Positions 9,135 to 18,655 of a DNA stretch of 64,000 nt are shown piece after piece. This stretch comes from Deltaproteobacteria bacterium (GTDB taxonomy: Bacteria > Myxococcota_A > Polyangia > Fen-1088), in the NCBI GenBank assembly GCA_033763315.1, contig JANRKS010000017.1, positions 97,597-161,596 on the forward strand, given 5' to 3'. A model generated the notes under the pieces. That model was not told the origin of the DNA and did no database searches. It was given only the letters and a program-made list of their open reading frames with translations. The translations under genes were made by a program, and so were the position numbers. The stretch's first letter is position 1; every line of letters starts with the position of its first letter.

Positions 9135-10885
9135 GACATAGACTGGCGCTGCTGGTCGCTATCGGAGCCTGCGCCTGGGCGATTCCTGCGACGGCGCAAG
9201 ACGCAGAACACACGATGCAGAATCCTTACGCCTGTCTCGGCGCTTACGAGGCGGCGGCCAAGGACCACACCATCGCGCAAATGCGTGGTGAGTTAAAAGC
9301 GCTGTTGGCGCGCCAACTGGATGCAGATCTTGGGCGCGACACCTTGGCGGTGGACGCGTGCGTGATTGGTCGTTTGAAAGCCCGCCTCGGTGACGGTGAC
9401 GCGTGGGAGTTCTTCGAGCATGCGATTGCCTTGGCACCTCACGAGCCGGGGTTCGAGATGTTTGCTGGCGATTATTGGAGCGGTGTGCGTGGGGCGCATG
9501 GGCCTCTCGCCGCTCGCGCCGAAGATCGCTACCAAGCCGCGCTCACAAAACTGGCGACTTTGCGCGCGGAGGGTAGAGCGCGGCCGTTTCATGATTTGGT
9601 CGAAGAGTGGGTGACCAAACGCTTGATGGTGTTGCATCAGCAAGATGGCGTTGTATTGCTGCCGTGGGCCGATCCGGGGCCTGCCCGCTGGCGGCTGGCA
9701 CTTGGTAGCCAGTGGCGCGGCAGCGTTGACACGCGCGATTTCTTCTACAACAACGAGATGAGGCGCTTTGCGGCCGAGGTGATGTTTGCGAATTCCGACG
9801 TGCGCGCAAACGGAAAACTGAACGCGCGCGACGCATGGGACCTGGCGCGGGCGCCGTTGCGTTTGCAGATGGATAACAACTTGCGTCTGCGGCACGTGTG
9901 GGCCGGGCAATTCGATCTTGTGCATTCACAGCACGACGCGCGGCAAACGCAGGTTACAAACTTTTACGATCCCAACCAGATCTTCTCCGATGTGCAGGTA
10001 CAAGAGCTGGGCGGGGCTTACACGCAAGCGGTTGCGTTGCCCTGGGCGTTGGACGCGCGCTTGACGCTGGGCTACCGGCGCGTGGACCGCGTGGGCGTGA
10101 TCGAGTTTTGGCCCACCAAGCATGAGGCCTTCAATCTGTTCGAGGCACGGCCAAGCCTCGCGAAGTTTGTGGGTTCAAGCAAGGTGTCTTTGGACGGCGT
10201 CTACGTGCGCATGGATCTACCTGATACGACGGGGGTTCAGGATCAGCGCATGCGGCAAAAGGTGATTCGCGCGCTGGTGCTCGATTGGGCGATCTATGCG
10301 CCCGTGCCGTTGCCGAACGGCGATGCAGGCGTGCTTGGGTTGCGGCCGACGCCGATCCGAGGTTGGCACTTTTACGCCGGCGCGGCGCAAGACCAAGAGG
10401 TGTATGGCTTGCGCATGGTCACTTTTACCGACCTCTATGCGGGCACCAGGTTTGAAGGCAACGGCGTGTGGGATATCGGGTTGCAGGGCACGTACTTGTT
10501 AAGCCGCAGCACTTTGGTGGATGCCAACGATGTGCAATCGAAGCTTTATAGTGATCCGACGCAAGATTTCGACGGCGTGCAGCTGTCGCTGTTGCCACAA
10601 CTGCGCGTCGTGGATCCCGATGCCAAGCCTGGCACTTCAGTCGGGTTTTGGGCGCTTGATTCGCTGATGGTCGTGTTTCCGCTGCAGGCCAGCCTCACCA
10701 GCAAGGGCAACGATCAATTTCGCAACGTCCGCGGCGGCGCGCAGGCCTGGATGAAGCTGTTTGCCGGCCAGCAGGGCACGGCATTTTTGGTGACTGCGGG
10801 TGTGGACGTGCAACATTTCCCCGCGCTTGGCAAAACCATGGCGCTGGGGCAGGTGGCATTGCGAATGGGCTGGGGCGAGCTGTGA
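9131..10885 (+). CDS. Exported protein with N-terminal helical/TPR-like region and predicted C-terminal outer-membrane beta-barrel, paralog 1
   Basis: Signal peptide ending ATA-Q; ATGA overlap with the upstream gene; amphipathic strands; ends ALRMGWGEL. Confidence 0.65.
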   Translation: MRHRLALLVAIGACAWAIPATAQDAEHTMQNPYACLGAYEAAAKDHTIAQMRGELKALLARQLDADLGRDTLAVDACVIGRLKARLGDGDAWEFFEHAIALAPHEPGFEMFAGDYWSGVRGAHGPLAARAEDRYQAALTKLATLRAEGRARPFHDLVEEWVTKRLMVLHQQDGVVLLPWADPGPARWRLALGSQWRGSVDTRDFFYNNEMRRFAAEVMFANSDVRANGKLNARDAWDLARAPLRLQMDNNLRLRHVWAGQFDLVHSQHDARQTQVTNFYDPNQIFSDVQVQELGGAYTQAVALPWALDARLTLGYRRVDRVGVIEFWPTKHEAFNLFEARPSLAKFVGSSKVSLDGVYVRMDLPDTTGVQDQRMRQKVIRALVLDWAIYAPVPLPNGDAGVLGLRPTPIRGWHFYAGAAQDQEVYGLRMVTFTDLYAGTRFEGNGVWDIGLQGTYLLSRSTLVDANDVQSKLYSDPTQDFDGVQLSLLPQLRVVDPDAKPGTSVGFWALDSLMVVFPLQASLTSKGNDQFRNVRGGAQAWMKLFAGQQGTAFLVTAGVDVQHFPALGKTMALGQVALRMGWGEL

Positions 10886-10909
10886 GCCCTGCCGCGATTT
10901 GAAGGGGCG

Positions 10910-12715
10910 CTACTCGATCGGCAGGTAACAGCGGCGCGCATCGGCGTCGCATACTTCACCCGCGCCACAGCGTTCAACCGAGCCCGCAGGGGCGTCGGGA
11001 CGACAGCGCAATTGTTCCGTCCAAAAGCCTAGGTGGTTGTGTTGTTGCGGGGCCTGAAAAGGCAGCCATACCGGAGGCGATGACGGATCTTGCCCGGGCG
11101 CTAAGTTTCCCACGTTGATGGCGGCCATCCACAGCTGCGGCCAGCCGCTATTGGGTAAAATGCTATTGGGCACAACAAAGCCATAATCCGCGCGGGAATT
11201 GAAGGTGATGAACATGAGCTTGTTGTTGTCCTGTTGAAACGGCGCGAATTTCGGCCACGTGCTGGTCAGGTCGGTTCCAATGCTTGCGTTACGCATATCG
11301 AACACCTCGCCCGTGGCCACCTTGACCAGTCGCAAACGGCTATCGACGTTGTCGTAACTGCTACGACCCTCTTGCTTCTTTGCAGAGACGAAGGCTATCC
11401 ACTCACCGTCCGGAGACCACGTGGGGTAGTAGTGAAACAAATCCGTCGTCTCAGGAACCACGATTCTCCCTTTCCCAAAGGCGCTGTCCTTGAAGGGAAT
11501 CACGGCAATTGAGCCATTGAGCACAGACCAAGGCGTGACGTCGTTCGTGCTGACGGTAACCGACACAGAGTCCCCGCGCGGCGACCATTCGGGGAAAAAT
11601 ACCTTTCCTGTGAGTCCCGCGGCTTGCGGGTTAAGTTTCGTCACAAGGGCTCCGTCGGCGGTACGTAGAACTGAAAGTTGCCCGTTCGATAGCGTGGCGC
11701 GATCGTCGTAGCTCACGAGCACGAGATCCCCAAGCGGGCTAATGCTGCTCATGCTTGCCGGAACGGCCGCTTGGCTGCCAACAATAGGTGCGCCTGGATT
11801 ATCGGTAGGCCCTAAGTAAAGGCTGCCCCTTGACGTGCCAGTTGTGAGTGAGATCAGCATGCCGTTGCGGCTGACGGAATGGCATCCGCCGCACTCTGTT
11901 GGGTTCGCGGTGCTGGCAGGCGTGATGAATGGCGTTGCCTTCTTGCCACCGAACACCATCCGCGAGACGACCCCTGTTCGGGTGCCATCTTGCGACGACC
12001 AATAATAGAAACCTCCCATCACACTCTTGGGCGAAAAACGCAACTTCACCGGCTGTGAACGTGCGACGGCGCCACCCGCAATCTGGGCGCCCTCAATGGA
12101 GAGAAACAATGTGTGCCCTTTGTTGGCCGCGGACACGTTCTTCCAAAGCCATTCGGGCAAAGTGTAAGTGCACTGTTCTTGCGGCGGGGGTGGGCTTACA
12201 GGCTCCTGGGGCCCCCATTCCGGCCGCCTGCAAGGCAGGTAGAAGTCGTACGTCTGAGTGCCGGCGAGGTGGGCGTGAAAAAGCGTCTGTTGATCGCCCC
12301 TGGCACGCCACCACTGCAGTGTGATCTCTGGCAGGTTCGCCGGGTGCAACGCGCCCTCAAGGGGGTACACGATGCGTGGCGCCTGCGAAGCATCGGGGTC
12401 CGTGGGGCCGCCGAACGCATCAACCAATGAGCTTGAAACTTCGGGCGTGGCCACAAAGCAGCGCTCGCCACAATTCCACGCAGGCGTGGGTGGCACCGGT
12501 TCGTCGTCACAGCCAGGCGTGTTGGGCAGGCATGTGCGGGCGGCATCGAGAAAGTCAGGCAATGAGAACGCATCGCCTTCGGCGTCGGCCCTTGCCATCA
12601 TCCCGGCGTCTGCAACGGGCTCACCCACGACTTCCGTAATCCTTTGGCATTGCAGCTGCGTCAGGAGTGACGCAAGCGTTGTGGCACGCACAAGAAAAGA
12701 AGCGGTGGTTCCCAC
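10910..12715 (-). CDS. TolB-like (PD40/WD40-like) beta-propeller protein, paralog 1; start uncertain
   Basis: Repeats FPEWSPRG and YPTWSPDGEWIAFVS; WPKFAP; CGGCH; Cys-rich C-terminus. Start moved to GTG 12715 to avoid a long overlap with the upstream gene. Confidence 0.8.
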   Translation of the reverse strand: MGTTASFLVRATTLASLLTQLQCQRITEVVGEPVADAGMMARADAEGDAFSLPDFLDAARTCLPNTPGCDDEPVPPTPAWNCGERCFVATPEVSSSLVDAFGGPTDPDASQAPRIVYPLEGALHPANLPEITLQWWRARGDQQTLFHAHLAGTQTYDFYLPCRRPEWGPQEPVSPPPPQEQCTYTLPEWLWKNVSAANKGHTLFLSIEGAQIAGGAVARSQPVKLRFSPKSVMGGFYYWSSQDGTRTGVVSRMVFGGKKATPFITPASTANPTECGGCHSVSRNGMLISLTTGTSRGSLYLGPTDNPGAPIVGSQAAVPASMSSISPLGDLVLVSYDDRATLSNGQLSVLRTADGALVTKLNPQAAGLTGKVFFPEWSPRGDSVSVTVSTNDVTPWSVLNGSIAVIPFKDSAFGKGRIVVPETTDLFHYYPTWSPDGEWIAFVSAKKQEGRSSYDNVDSRLRLVKVATGEVFDMRNASIGTDLTSTWPKFAPFQQDNNKLMFITFNSRADYGFVVPNSILPNSGWPQLWMAAINVGNLAPGQDPSSPPVWLPFQAPQQHNHLGFWTEQLRCRPDAPAGSVERCGAGEVCDADARRCYLPIE

Positions 12716-12729
12716 GAGGTTGCCGGCTG

Positions 12730-14058
12730 TTACGGCCTCGTTAGAGCTTGCAACGATTCTTTGGCGTCTGCAACGTGTCGGCCCCGTGGATACTCCCTTA
12801 AATACTTGAGCCAGGCCACGCGTGCGTCTGGGCTCTTGAGCAGGCTCAAACAGGTGGCACGGTGAAAAGCCGCGTCGTCCTTGCTGGCCGGGGCGCCGGC
12901 CGAGATCAGTGACGTATCGTAATACCCAATGGCCACACCACAATTGCCCGCCGTGCGCGTGAGATCGCCTGCTACGCGTGCGACGTCCGAACGGCGTTCA
13001 CTGGCCGGAAAGCGACGCAGGAACGCTTGCGCTTCTGCAAGCGCTTCGTCGCGTCTACCTAAGGACGCCAACGTATCGACCAGTGATACGTCGGTTTCCA
13101 TGCGCAGCGAGCCTGCGGGAAAGCGCGTGCGGTACGTGCGCCACGTGGCCACGGCGCGACTCGGATCGCTTAGGTCTTCGCGGTAGATGGCGGCCATCTC
13201 GTAAAGTGCGTTTTGTGCGGCCAATCCTGATCCGCGGGCCAACCGTTGGTAAAGCGCCAGCGCTTCTTGCGGCTTATGGTTCGCACGCGCGGCTCGCGCG
13301 GCTACAGCCAAATGCTGCTCTTCGCTTGGTTCGGCTTTCGGCGCCATCATTGTGACTGGCACGCGTGGGGGGGGCGCGATGTCGATGTTGCGTGCGATGC
13401 TCCATGATTCGCCTGGTCCTAGACGCACCACGCGGCGCTGCTGCCAGATCTCCACCACCCCGTCTTGCACATCCACAGCCAGCCGGTTGGGTGAAGTATC
13501 AACAACGAAGCGCGTGCCTGCCACCTGCACGCGGTATTCGGCAAACTTAACGACGAAGCGGTGCCCGGAGGCTTGCGGAGGCACATCGAACGCCACTTTC
13601 CCGCTTTGCACCTCGGGCACGCCTTCGTGATCCAGATGCAACCGCGACGATGGCTGCACATCAGCTTTGGCGTTGCCAGCCACGATCCGCGTGATGCGCT
13701 CGTCGTTGGATGTTTGAATCGTCACGTCGGTAAGGGCCGGCGGCTCTTCTAAGCGTTCGATGCGCCGACGCTGTGGCGCTACCACGGGTGCCTGCGCCAC
13801 CACCGAAGTGTGACGTTGTTGCGAGATGTACATTGCCACGCCCGCCGTGCCACACGCCGCGGCCGCCAGGCTGGCCCACAACAGTGTTCGGCGCGGCGCT
13901 TGTGGCGCACGCAGCTGGGGCTCGATGCGAAGCCACAGACGACGCTGCCTGAGATCCGACGGCGGCCCCTGCCGTGCTTCATCCAAAGCTTGCCGCAGCC
14001 CTTGCGTCTGCGGGCTTGACTCGCCATCTGTCTCCAACCACCTGCCATCCCGCCTCAC
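12730..14058 (-). CDS. FecR-domain plus TPR protein, putative membrane-anchored anti-sigma factor
   Basis: TM segment LLWASLAAAACGTAGVAMYI; FecR motif VQVAGTRFVV...VDVQDGVVEI; C-terminal TPR-like helices ending YLREYPRGRH; GTGA overlap with the sigma gene. Confidence 0.8.
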   Translation of the reverse strand: MRRDGRWLETDGESSPQTQGLRQALDEARQGPPSDLRQRRLWLRIEPQLRAPQAPRRTLLWASLAAAACGTAGVAMYISQQRHTSVVAQAPVVAPQRRRIERLEEPPALTDVTIQTSNDERITRIVAGNAKADVQPSSRLHLDHEGVPEVQSGKVAFDVPPQASGHRFVVKFAEYRVQVAGTRFVVDTSPNRLAVDVQDGVVEIWQQRRVVRLGPGESWSIARNIDIAPPPRVPVTMMAPKAEPSEEQHLAVAARAARANHKPQEALALYQRLARGSGLAAQNALYEMAAIYREDLSDPSRAVATWRTYRTRFPAGSLRMETDVSLVDTLASLGRRDEALAEAQAFLRRFPASERRSDVARVAGDLTRTAGNCGVAIGYYDTSLISAGAPASKDDAAFHRATCLSLLKSPDARVAWLKYLREYPRGRHVADAKESLQALTRP

Positions 14059-14642
14059 GTCTCGTCCTCCTTGCACATCTTCTCCAGATCTTGTCGGGCG
14101 CGATGAATGCGCGTCCACACAGTGTTGGGTTTGCAGCCCATAACGTTTGCGATGTCGTTGACCTCCATGCCTTCGATCTCGAACAACGTCAAAGCCATGC
14201 GTCTATCGGGCGAAAGCCGCCCCAGTATCTGCTGCAGGTATCTTTGCCGGCTGGGAGCGTTTTCCCACCACGGGCCACCGGTTTGCAGCGCCGTGCGCTC
14301 ACGCACGAAGACGTCCGTCAACGCCCGCCGCAACCGGCGCCGCTTGGCAAAACGAATCGATTCACGAACGGTAAGCCGGTAGATCCAAGTGCTAAGCCGC
14401 GCGTCGCCGCGGAAATGCTTCAGGTACTTGTGCAGGAGCACGAAGATCTCTTGGCACAGATCGTCGGCTTCCGCTTCATGCACCCCGACCGTGCGCGCCA
14501 AGCGATCGATCATCGGAAAGTGATAATCGTAAAGCTGCCGCCAAGCCAGAGGATCCCCCGCCAGGCACGACCGAACCAGCGCCTGCTCGGCGTTGACGTC
14601 CGTTGATTTTGGACGCGGCGTGTGGGATGTGGCGGTGTTCAC
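14055..14642 (-). CDS. ECF-type RNA polymerase sigma factor
   Basis: Region 2: ADDLCQEIFV...FRGDARLSTWIYR. Region 4: LSPDRRMALTLFEIEG...EVNDIA...TVWTRIHRAR. Confidence 0.95.
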   Translation of the reverse strand: MNTATSHTPRPKSTDVNAEQALVRSCLAGDPLAWRQLYDYHFPMIDRLARTVGVHEAEADDLCQEIFVLLHKYLKHFRGDARLSTWIYRLTVRESIRFAKRRRLRRALTDVFVRERTALQTGGPWWENAPSRQRYLQQILGRLSPDRRMALTLFEIEGMEVNDIANVMGCKPNTVWTRIHRARQDLEKMCKEDET

Positions 14643-14658
14643 TTTGCGCTTAAACCGA

Positions 14659-14688
14659 TTAGAGGTGATGGCCCAAAGCTTCCTTCCC
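14659..14688 (-). promoter_or_regulatory. Putative ECF sigma promoter, copy 2 (autoregulatory position)
   Basis: Minus strand reads GGGAAGG-N17-CTCTAA directly upstream of the sigma gene. Confidence 0.75.
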
Positions 14689-14714
14689 GACCATTCAAAA
14701 TAAAGCGCGCCCGC

Positions 14715-15626
14715 TTAATTGATTCGGCCCCAGCCAAGCAAGAGCGCGCCGCCAGCGAGAGCACGCGGGGTGGCAAAAAGCGCATTGCCCTCGGTATCCT
14801 TGATGGAACGCGGCTGTATCGATAGGCCACCGTGAATGTCTAAGCCCACGACAACACTGTGAAAGGCCGCCAGCCAGCGAACCCGTGCTGTGGCGAAGGG
14901 TTCGGGGCGCCAGGCGCTTCCGGTCGGGATCTGTTGCACCCAATGAAGGCGCGCGCCCGCTTCCAGCGAAGGCGTCAGTGAGGACCAACGTCTGTTCCAC
15001 GGCAATCCCACCCCAAGCGACAGGCCCGCCGATTGTACCTTGATGGCGGTGCCCGTTGGCGCCGTGTCCGTGTGGGGAACCGCTAGATCCAACTGGCCTA
15101 GCCACGCCAGCCCCTGGGATTGCAACTGAAGCAACAAACCAGGTTCAATCGCCAACTTTTGAGCCCCGGCCACTGATGGCGTTGGGACGCGCACTGACCC
15201 TACGAACGCGACGGCAAGGGCCCTTACAGCCGGCATTGAGGGACGGATGCCAGGAGGGAGCTCGGCGTCTGTTCGCGGCGTAAGTGTCGTGGGAGCTCGG
15301 TAGTCGAAGTCATGTAGATAGCGCGTGACCACCAAAGCCACTGTGTCGGCCAGCACCTCGCACGCGCTGTTGCGAGCGTCGAAGCTGCGTTCAAGCACGG
15401 GTTCGTCGAGCTGGTTCCGCAGCGTGATGTTCAGTTGGTCGCCCAGTCGATAGAGCTCAAGGCGAAAGGCGCCACGATCAACTGTTGCTTTGCTTCGCTC
15501 GGCCAAAGCTGCCTGCACTTGCTGGGGCTGAGGGCAAGTGACGTCTGTGGCCACCACTTTTACGGCGGTCGCATCCAGCGCCGCCGAGAGGGTGATTGCG
15601 CCGCTGGCAAACAGCAACCAGAACAT
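14715..15626 (-). CDS. Hypothetical exported protein with predicted small C-terminal beta-barrel, upstream of the ECF sigma
   Basis: Signal-like N-terminus; CP...C domain; Pro/Thr linker; amphipathic strands ending ALLLGWGRIN. Confidence 0.6.
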   Translation of the reverse strand: MFWLLFASGAITLSAALDATAVKVVATDVTCPQPQQVQAALAERSKATVDRGAFRLELYRLGDQLNITLRNQLDEPVLERSFDARNSACEVLADTVALVVTRYLHDFDYRAPTTLTPRTDAELPPGIRPSMPAVRALAVAFVGSVRVPTPSVAGAQKLAIEPGLLLQLQSQGLAWLGQLDLAVPHTDTAPTGTAIKVQSAGLSLGVGLPWNRRWSSLTPSLEAGARLHWVQQIPTGSAWRPEPFATARVRWLAAFHSVVVGLDIHGGLSIQPRSIKDTEGNALFATPRALAGGALLLGWGRIN

Positions 15627-15798
15627 CGGCCCACCAGACTACACGAGCCAACGTGTGTCGCAAAGGCTCGCCGTCCGTCGAAGCGCAATTTCAAGCTGCG
15701 TGTTGAAGTTGGCCACAACGTGGCGTGAAAGCGTTTGCCTCGCGCATCTGCGCGGCAGTTGGCCGCGGCTCGATGGCCAGAGCCAATCGCCCTACACG

Positions 15799-17541
15799 TT
15801 AGTTCACCACACGGCCGCATTGGCCATTGTCGCAAACCTCCCCTTCACCACAGCCCGCGCCACCTTCCTTACGGCAAGCGACTTTCTCGGTCCAGTAGCC
15901 CAAGTGATTTTGCTGTCCGATGTCCTGGAAGGGCAGCCACACAGGGGGCAAGGATGGGTCGCCTGAGCCGAGGTTGCGCAAGTCAATCGCGGACATCCAC
16001 AACTGAGGACGAGCGTTGTCTTGCGTGGCGCTATTCTTTAGCATCACGCCGTAGTCGATCTTCGTGTTGTATGTGATGAACATCATCTGACCGCCGGCTT
16101 GTTGGAACGGTGCAAATTTCGGCCACGTGGATGTCTTACCTTTGCCCTGGGTCGCGTTGCCCAGTTCATAGATGGTGCCTCCGTCGCGGGACACCAATCG
16201 CAAACGGCTTTGCGGGTTGTCATAGCTTTTTACAAGCAGGGGCGCTGATGTGAAAGCGATCCACTTTCCATCAGGTGACCACGTTGGGTAAAAATGAAAG
16301 GCGTTTGCTTCCTTCGGCGCCACGATCTGTGCGGCGCCAAACTTGCCGTCGTTGTAGGGGAACACCACGATGTACCCGTTGTTTACGGACCAAGGGCGTT
16401 CATCCTGGTTTGCCAGCGTGGCCACAATCTCCTTGCCGTTGGGTGACCATTCAGGGAAGAACACGCGCGTTTCAGGCGTTCCTAACACCGACGGATTTAG
16501 CTGCGCCACCTCTTTTCCCGTATCCGTGTTCAACACCGCGATGCGACCGTTGCCCTTGGCATCGTTCTGGCCAAAGCTCACCATCACCAGTCGCCCGTCG
16601 GGGCTCAGCGTCGTGATGTGGCCATTGGATTCCGGCTTGGCTGGAGGATCGATCAACTTTGTCTTGGGATCATCGGTGAGGCTCACGGTCAAGTACCCGG
16701 CTTGTTCTGCGGCAAAGGCGATCACACGCCCGTCACGGCTCACGGCGTGGCAGCCGCCGCACATAAAGCGATTGGTGTCGCTCTCAGGTGTGATGAAAGG
16801 AACGGCTTTGCGTGCACCGAACACCAAACGGTACGTTCCCATCAGGGCTGTTGACCAATAGTAGAGTCCGCCGCGCACGGGATCGGGCGAAAAGCTGAAT
16901 GGCAATGGCTTGCTTGACCTTGCTTGAGTTCCGAGTTCGGTTACGACCACCTGCACGCGCTGACCACGGTTTGCCTTTGCCAAGGCCAGCCACGCGCCCG
17001 TGGGCAAGGTGGCGGCACACTCTGTATCATCTTGAGGGCCCAAGCCCGCTGCGGCCATCTCCTTGTCTTTGCAGGCCACAACGAAATCCCAGCGCGTCGT
17101 TTTCGATGCATCACTGAAAATGCGCACACGAAACGCTGTGTTATTCGCGTTTGTGGCCGTACGCCATTGCACGGTGATTTCCGGCAGATTCAGCGGATGC
17201 AAAGAATTAGCGAGCGGGTAGACAATCTCAGGACCCATGGCCGATGGTTCGTCATTTGCCGTCTTGGCCGTATTCACCGCACCTTCGCCACCAGGGACAT
17301 CGATGCCCAAGAAGCAATTGTCCCCGCAATTCCATTCAGCGGGTGGCAAGGGATCGTCCATGTCGCCACCCCCGCCCACCAGCCCCCCATCGCCGAAACC
17401 GACGAAGGGCGGAAAGTATCCGCCGTCTTTATCGAGGGGTAAACCGGATCCGCCCGCGCCTGCGTCGATGTCCAGAACCGCTGTTGCTTGCGAACAAGCA
17501 ACCAGAGCGAATAGCCCAACCAACAACCCGGTGCGCAGCAT
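15799..17541 (-). CDS. TolB-like beta-propeller lipoprotein, paralog 2
   Basis: AAAGGAG RBS; lipobox LVAC; FPEWSPNG and YPTWSPDGKWIAF repeats; CGGCH; similar along its length to 10910-12715. Confidence 0.85.
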   Translation of the reverse strand: MLRTGLLVGLFALVACSQATAVLDIDAGAGGSGLPLDKDGGYFPPFVGFGDGGLVGGGGDMDDPLPPAEWNCGDNCFLGIDVPGGEGAVNTAKTANDEPSAMGPEIVYPLANSLHPLNLPEITVQWRTATNANNTAFRVRIFSDASKTTRWDFVVACKDKEMAAAGLGPQDDTECAATLPTGAWLALAKANRGQRVQVVVTELGTQARSSKPLPFSFSPDPVRGGLYYWSTALMGTYRLVFGARKAVPFITPESDTNRFMCGGCHAVSRDGRVIAFAAEQAGYLTVSLTDDPKTKLIDPPAKPESNGHITTLSPDGRLVMVSFGQNDAKGNGRIAVLNTDTGKEVAQLNPSVLGTPETRVFFPEWSPNGKEIVATLANQDERPWSVNNGYIVVFPYNDGKFGAAQIVAPKEANAFHFYPTWSPDGKWIAFTSAPLLVKSYDNPQSRLRLVSRDGGTIYELGNATQGKGKTSTWPKFAPFQQAGGQMMFITYNTKIDYGVMLKNSATQDNARPQLWMSAIDLRNLGSGDPSLPPVWLPFQDIGQQNHLGYWTEKVACRKEGGAGCGEGEVCDNGQCGRVVN

Positions 17542-17589
17542 CGTTTCTCCTTTAGGTGCCAACAAGCAAGCCAAGAACTTGTTATCGAC

Positions 17590-17619
17590 TTGGAGGTGAA
17601 GCGCATGCGCAAACTTCCC
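17590..17619 (-). promoter_or_regulatory. Putative ECF sigma promoter, copy 3
   Basis: Minus strand reads GGGAAGT-N17-CTCCAA upstream of the gene starting at 17541. Confidence 0.68.
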
Positions 17620-17672
17620 GCGGCGTGAAGAAGCGTTGCTGATTCGCAAAGCGCAGATGTCGGTGCTTTTTC

Positions 17673-17702
17673 GGGAAGGTGCGAAGAAAGAGCTCTCTCT
17701 AA
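17673..17702 (+). promoter_or_regulatory. Putative ECF sigma promoter, copy 4
   Basis: GGGAAGG-N17-CTCTAA upstream of the operon starting at 17737; divergent from copy 3. Confidence 0.75.
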
Positions 17703-17736
17703 ACAAGCAAACGGTCAGCTTGGAAAGGACACCTCT

Positions 17737-18594
17737 ATGCGCTTTGCTTCTCTGCCTAAGGGCTTTTTTGTTGTTGCTTCATTGATTTGCACGACCGCTG
17801 CAGGGCTTTGGGGTTGCGGCGCTGCCGATCCCGCGCCCAGCACTGGTTCGGGAGGTGGAGGTGGTGCCGCTTCTTCTAACGGGGGTTCGTCAAACAATTC
17901 AGGAACTGGTGGATCGTCCACCAATACGGGCGGCAGCAATGCCCAAGGTGGAAGTGCCGGCGCGAGCCAGGGCACAGGGGGGACAACAACGTCAGGCACG
18001 GCCATCGCGTTGCCGCTTGTGGTTACCACTTTCTATAACAACCAGGGTTGGTTCGGTGACGAAGAGGTCAGCAAAGAGTTCAAACCTGGCACCACCATCA
18101 TCAAACAAGCGGATTCAACGTCAGGTCCGTGTGCGATGCGCCCGGCGAACGCGAAGGGGCGTTGTGTGAAGGTGGAATACGCGCCACCTGCGGGCCTCAA
18201 GGTTCCTACGGGCGGCGGCTACGTTGGCGTGTTCTTTCTTACCACCTTGGCCAAGGCGCATCCTGAGTTAATGCCGCCCGCGAAGGCGGGCGATGCCAAC
18301 TGGGGCGCTGAGCCCGGTAAAAACATCGCACCCGGTGCCACGAAGATTTCGTTCTCCGCGACATCCGAAACGGCCGGGGCTTCTGTCAGCTTCAAGGCCG
18401 GCACGAGCGGCACCGGTGGCGATATGTTCGTGGTGCCTGAGACACCCCAGACCTTAACCACGGCGTGGAAGGAATATGAACTACCGCTTGACGGCCAGCC
18501 TTACGGCAACAGCGTGGTTGGCGGCTTTGCTTGGGTCATTAAGGACACGACGAAGCCCGTCACGTTCTACCTCGACAACATCATTTGGCAGTAG
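17737..18594 (+). CDS. Lipoprotein with Gly-rich linker and putative carbohydrate-binding domain (divergent paralog)
   Basis: Lipobox LWGC; motifs GWFGD, ANWG, IAPGATKISF and FYLDNIIW, shared with 19941-20552 (IAPGATKITF, FFLDDLKW). Confidence 0.7.
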   Translation: MRFASLPKGFFVVASLICTTAAGLWGCGAADPAPSTGSGGGGGAASSNGGSSNNSGTGGSSTNTGGSNAQGGSAGASQGTGGTTTSGTAIALPLVVTTFYNNQGWFGDEEVSKEFKPGTTIIKQADSTSGPCAMRPANAKGRCVKVEYAPPAGLKVPTGGGYVGVFFLTTLAKAHPELMPPAKAGDANWGAEPGKNIAPGATKISFSATSETAGASVSFKAGTSGTGGDMFVVPETPQTLTTAWKEYELPLDGQPYGNSVVGGFAWVIKDTTKPVTFYLDNIIWQ

Positions 18595-18655
18595 TGGTTG
18601 CGTGTTCGCGGCGGCGTCTTTGCGACGCCGCCTTTCCCGTTTGCCAGGAGTTACG

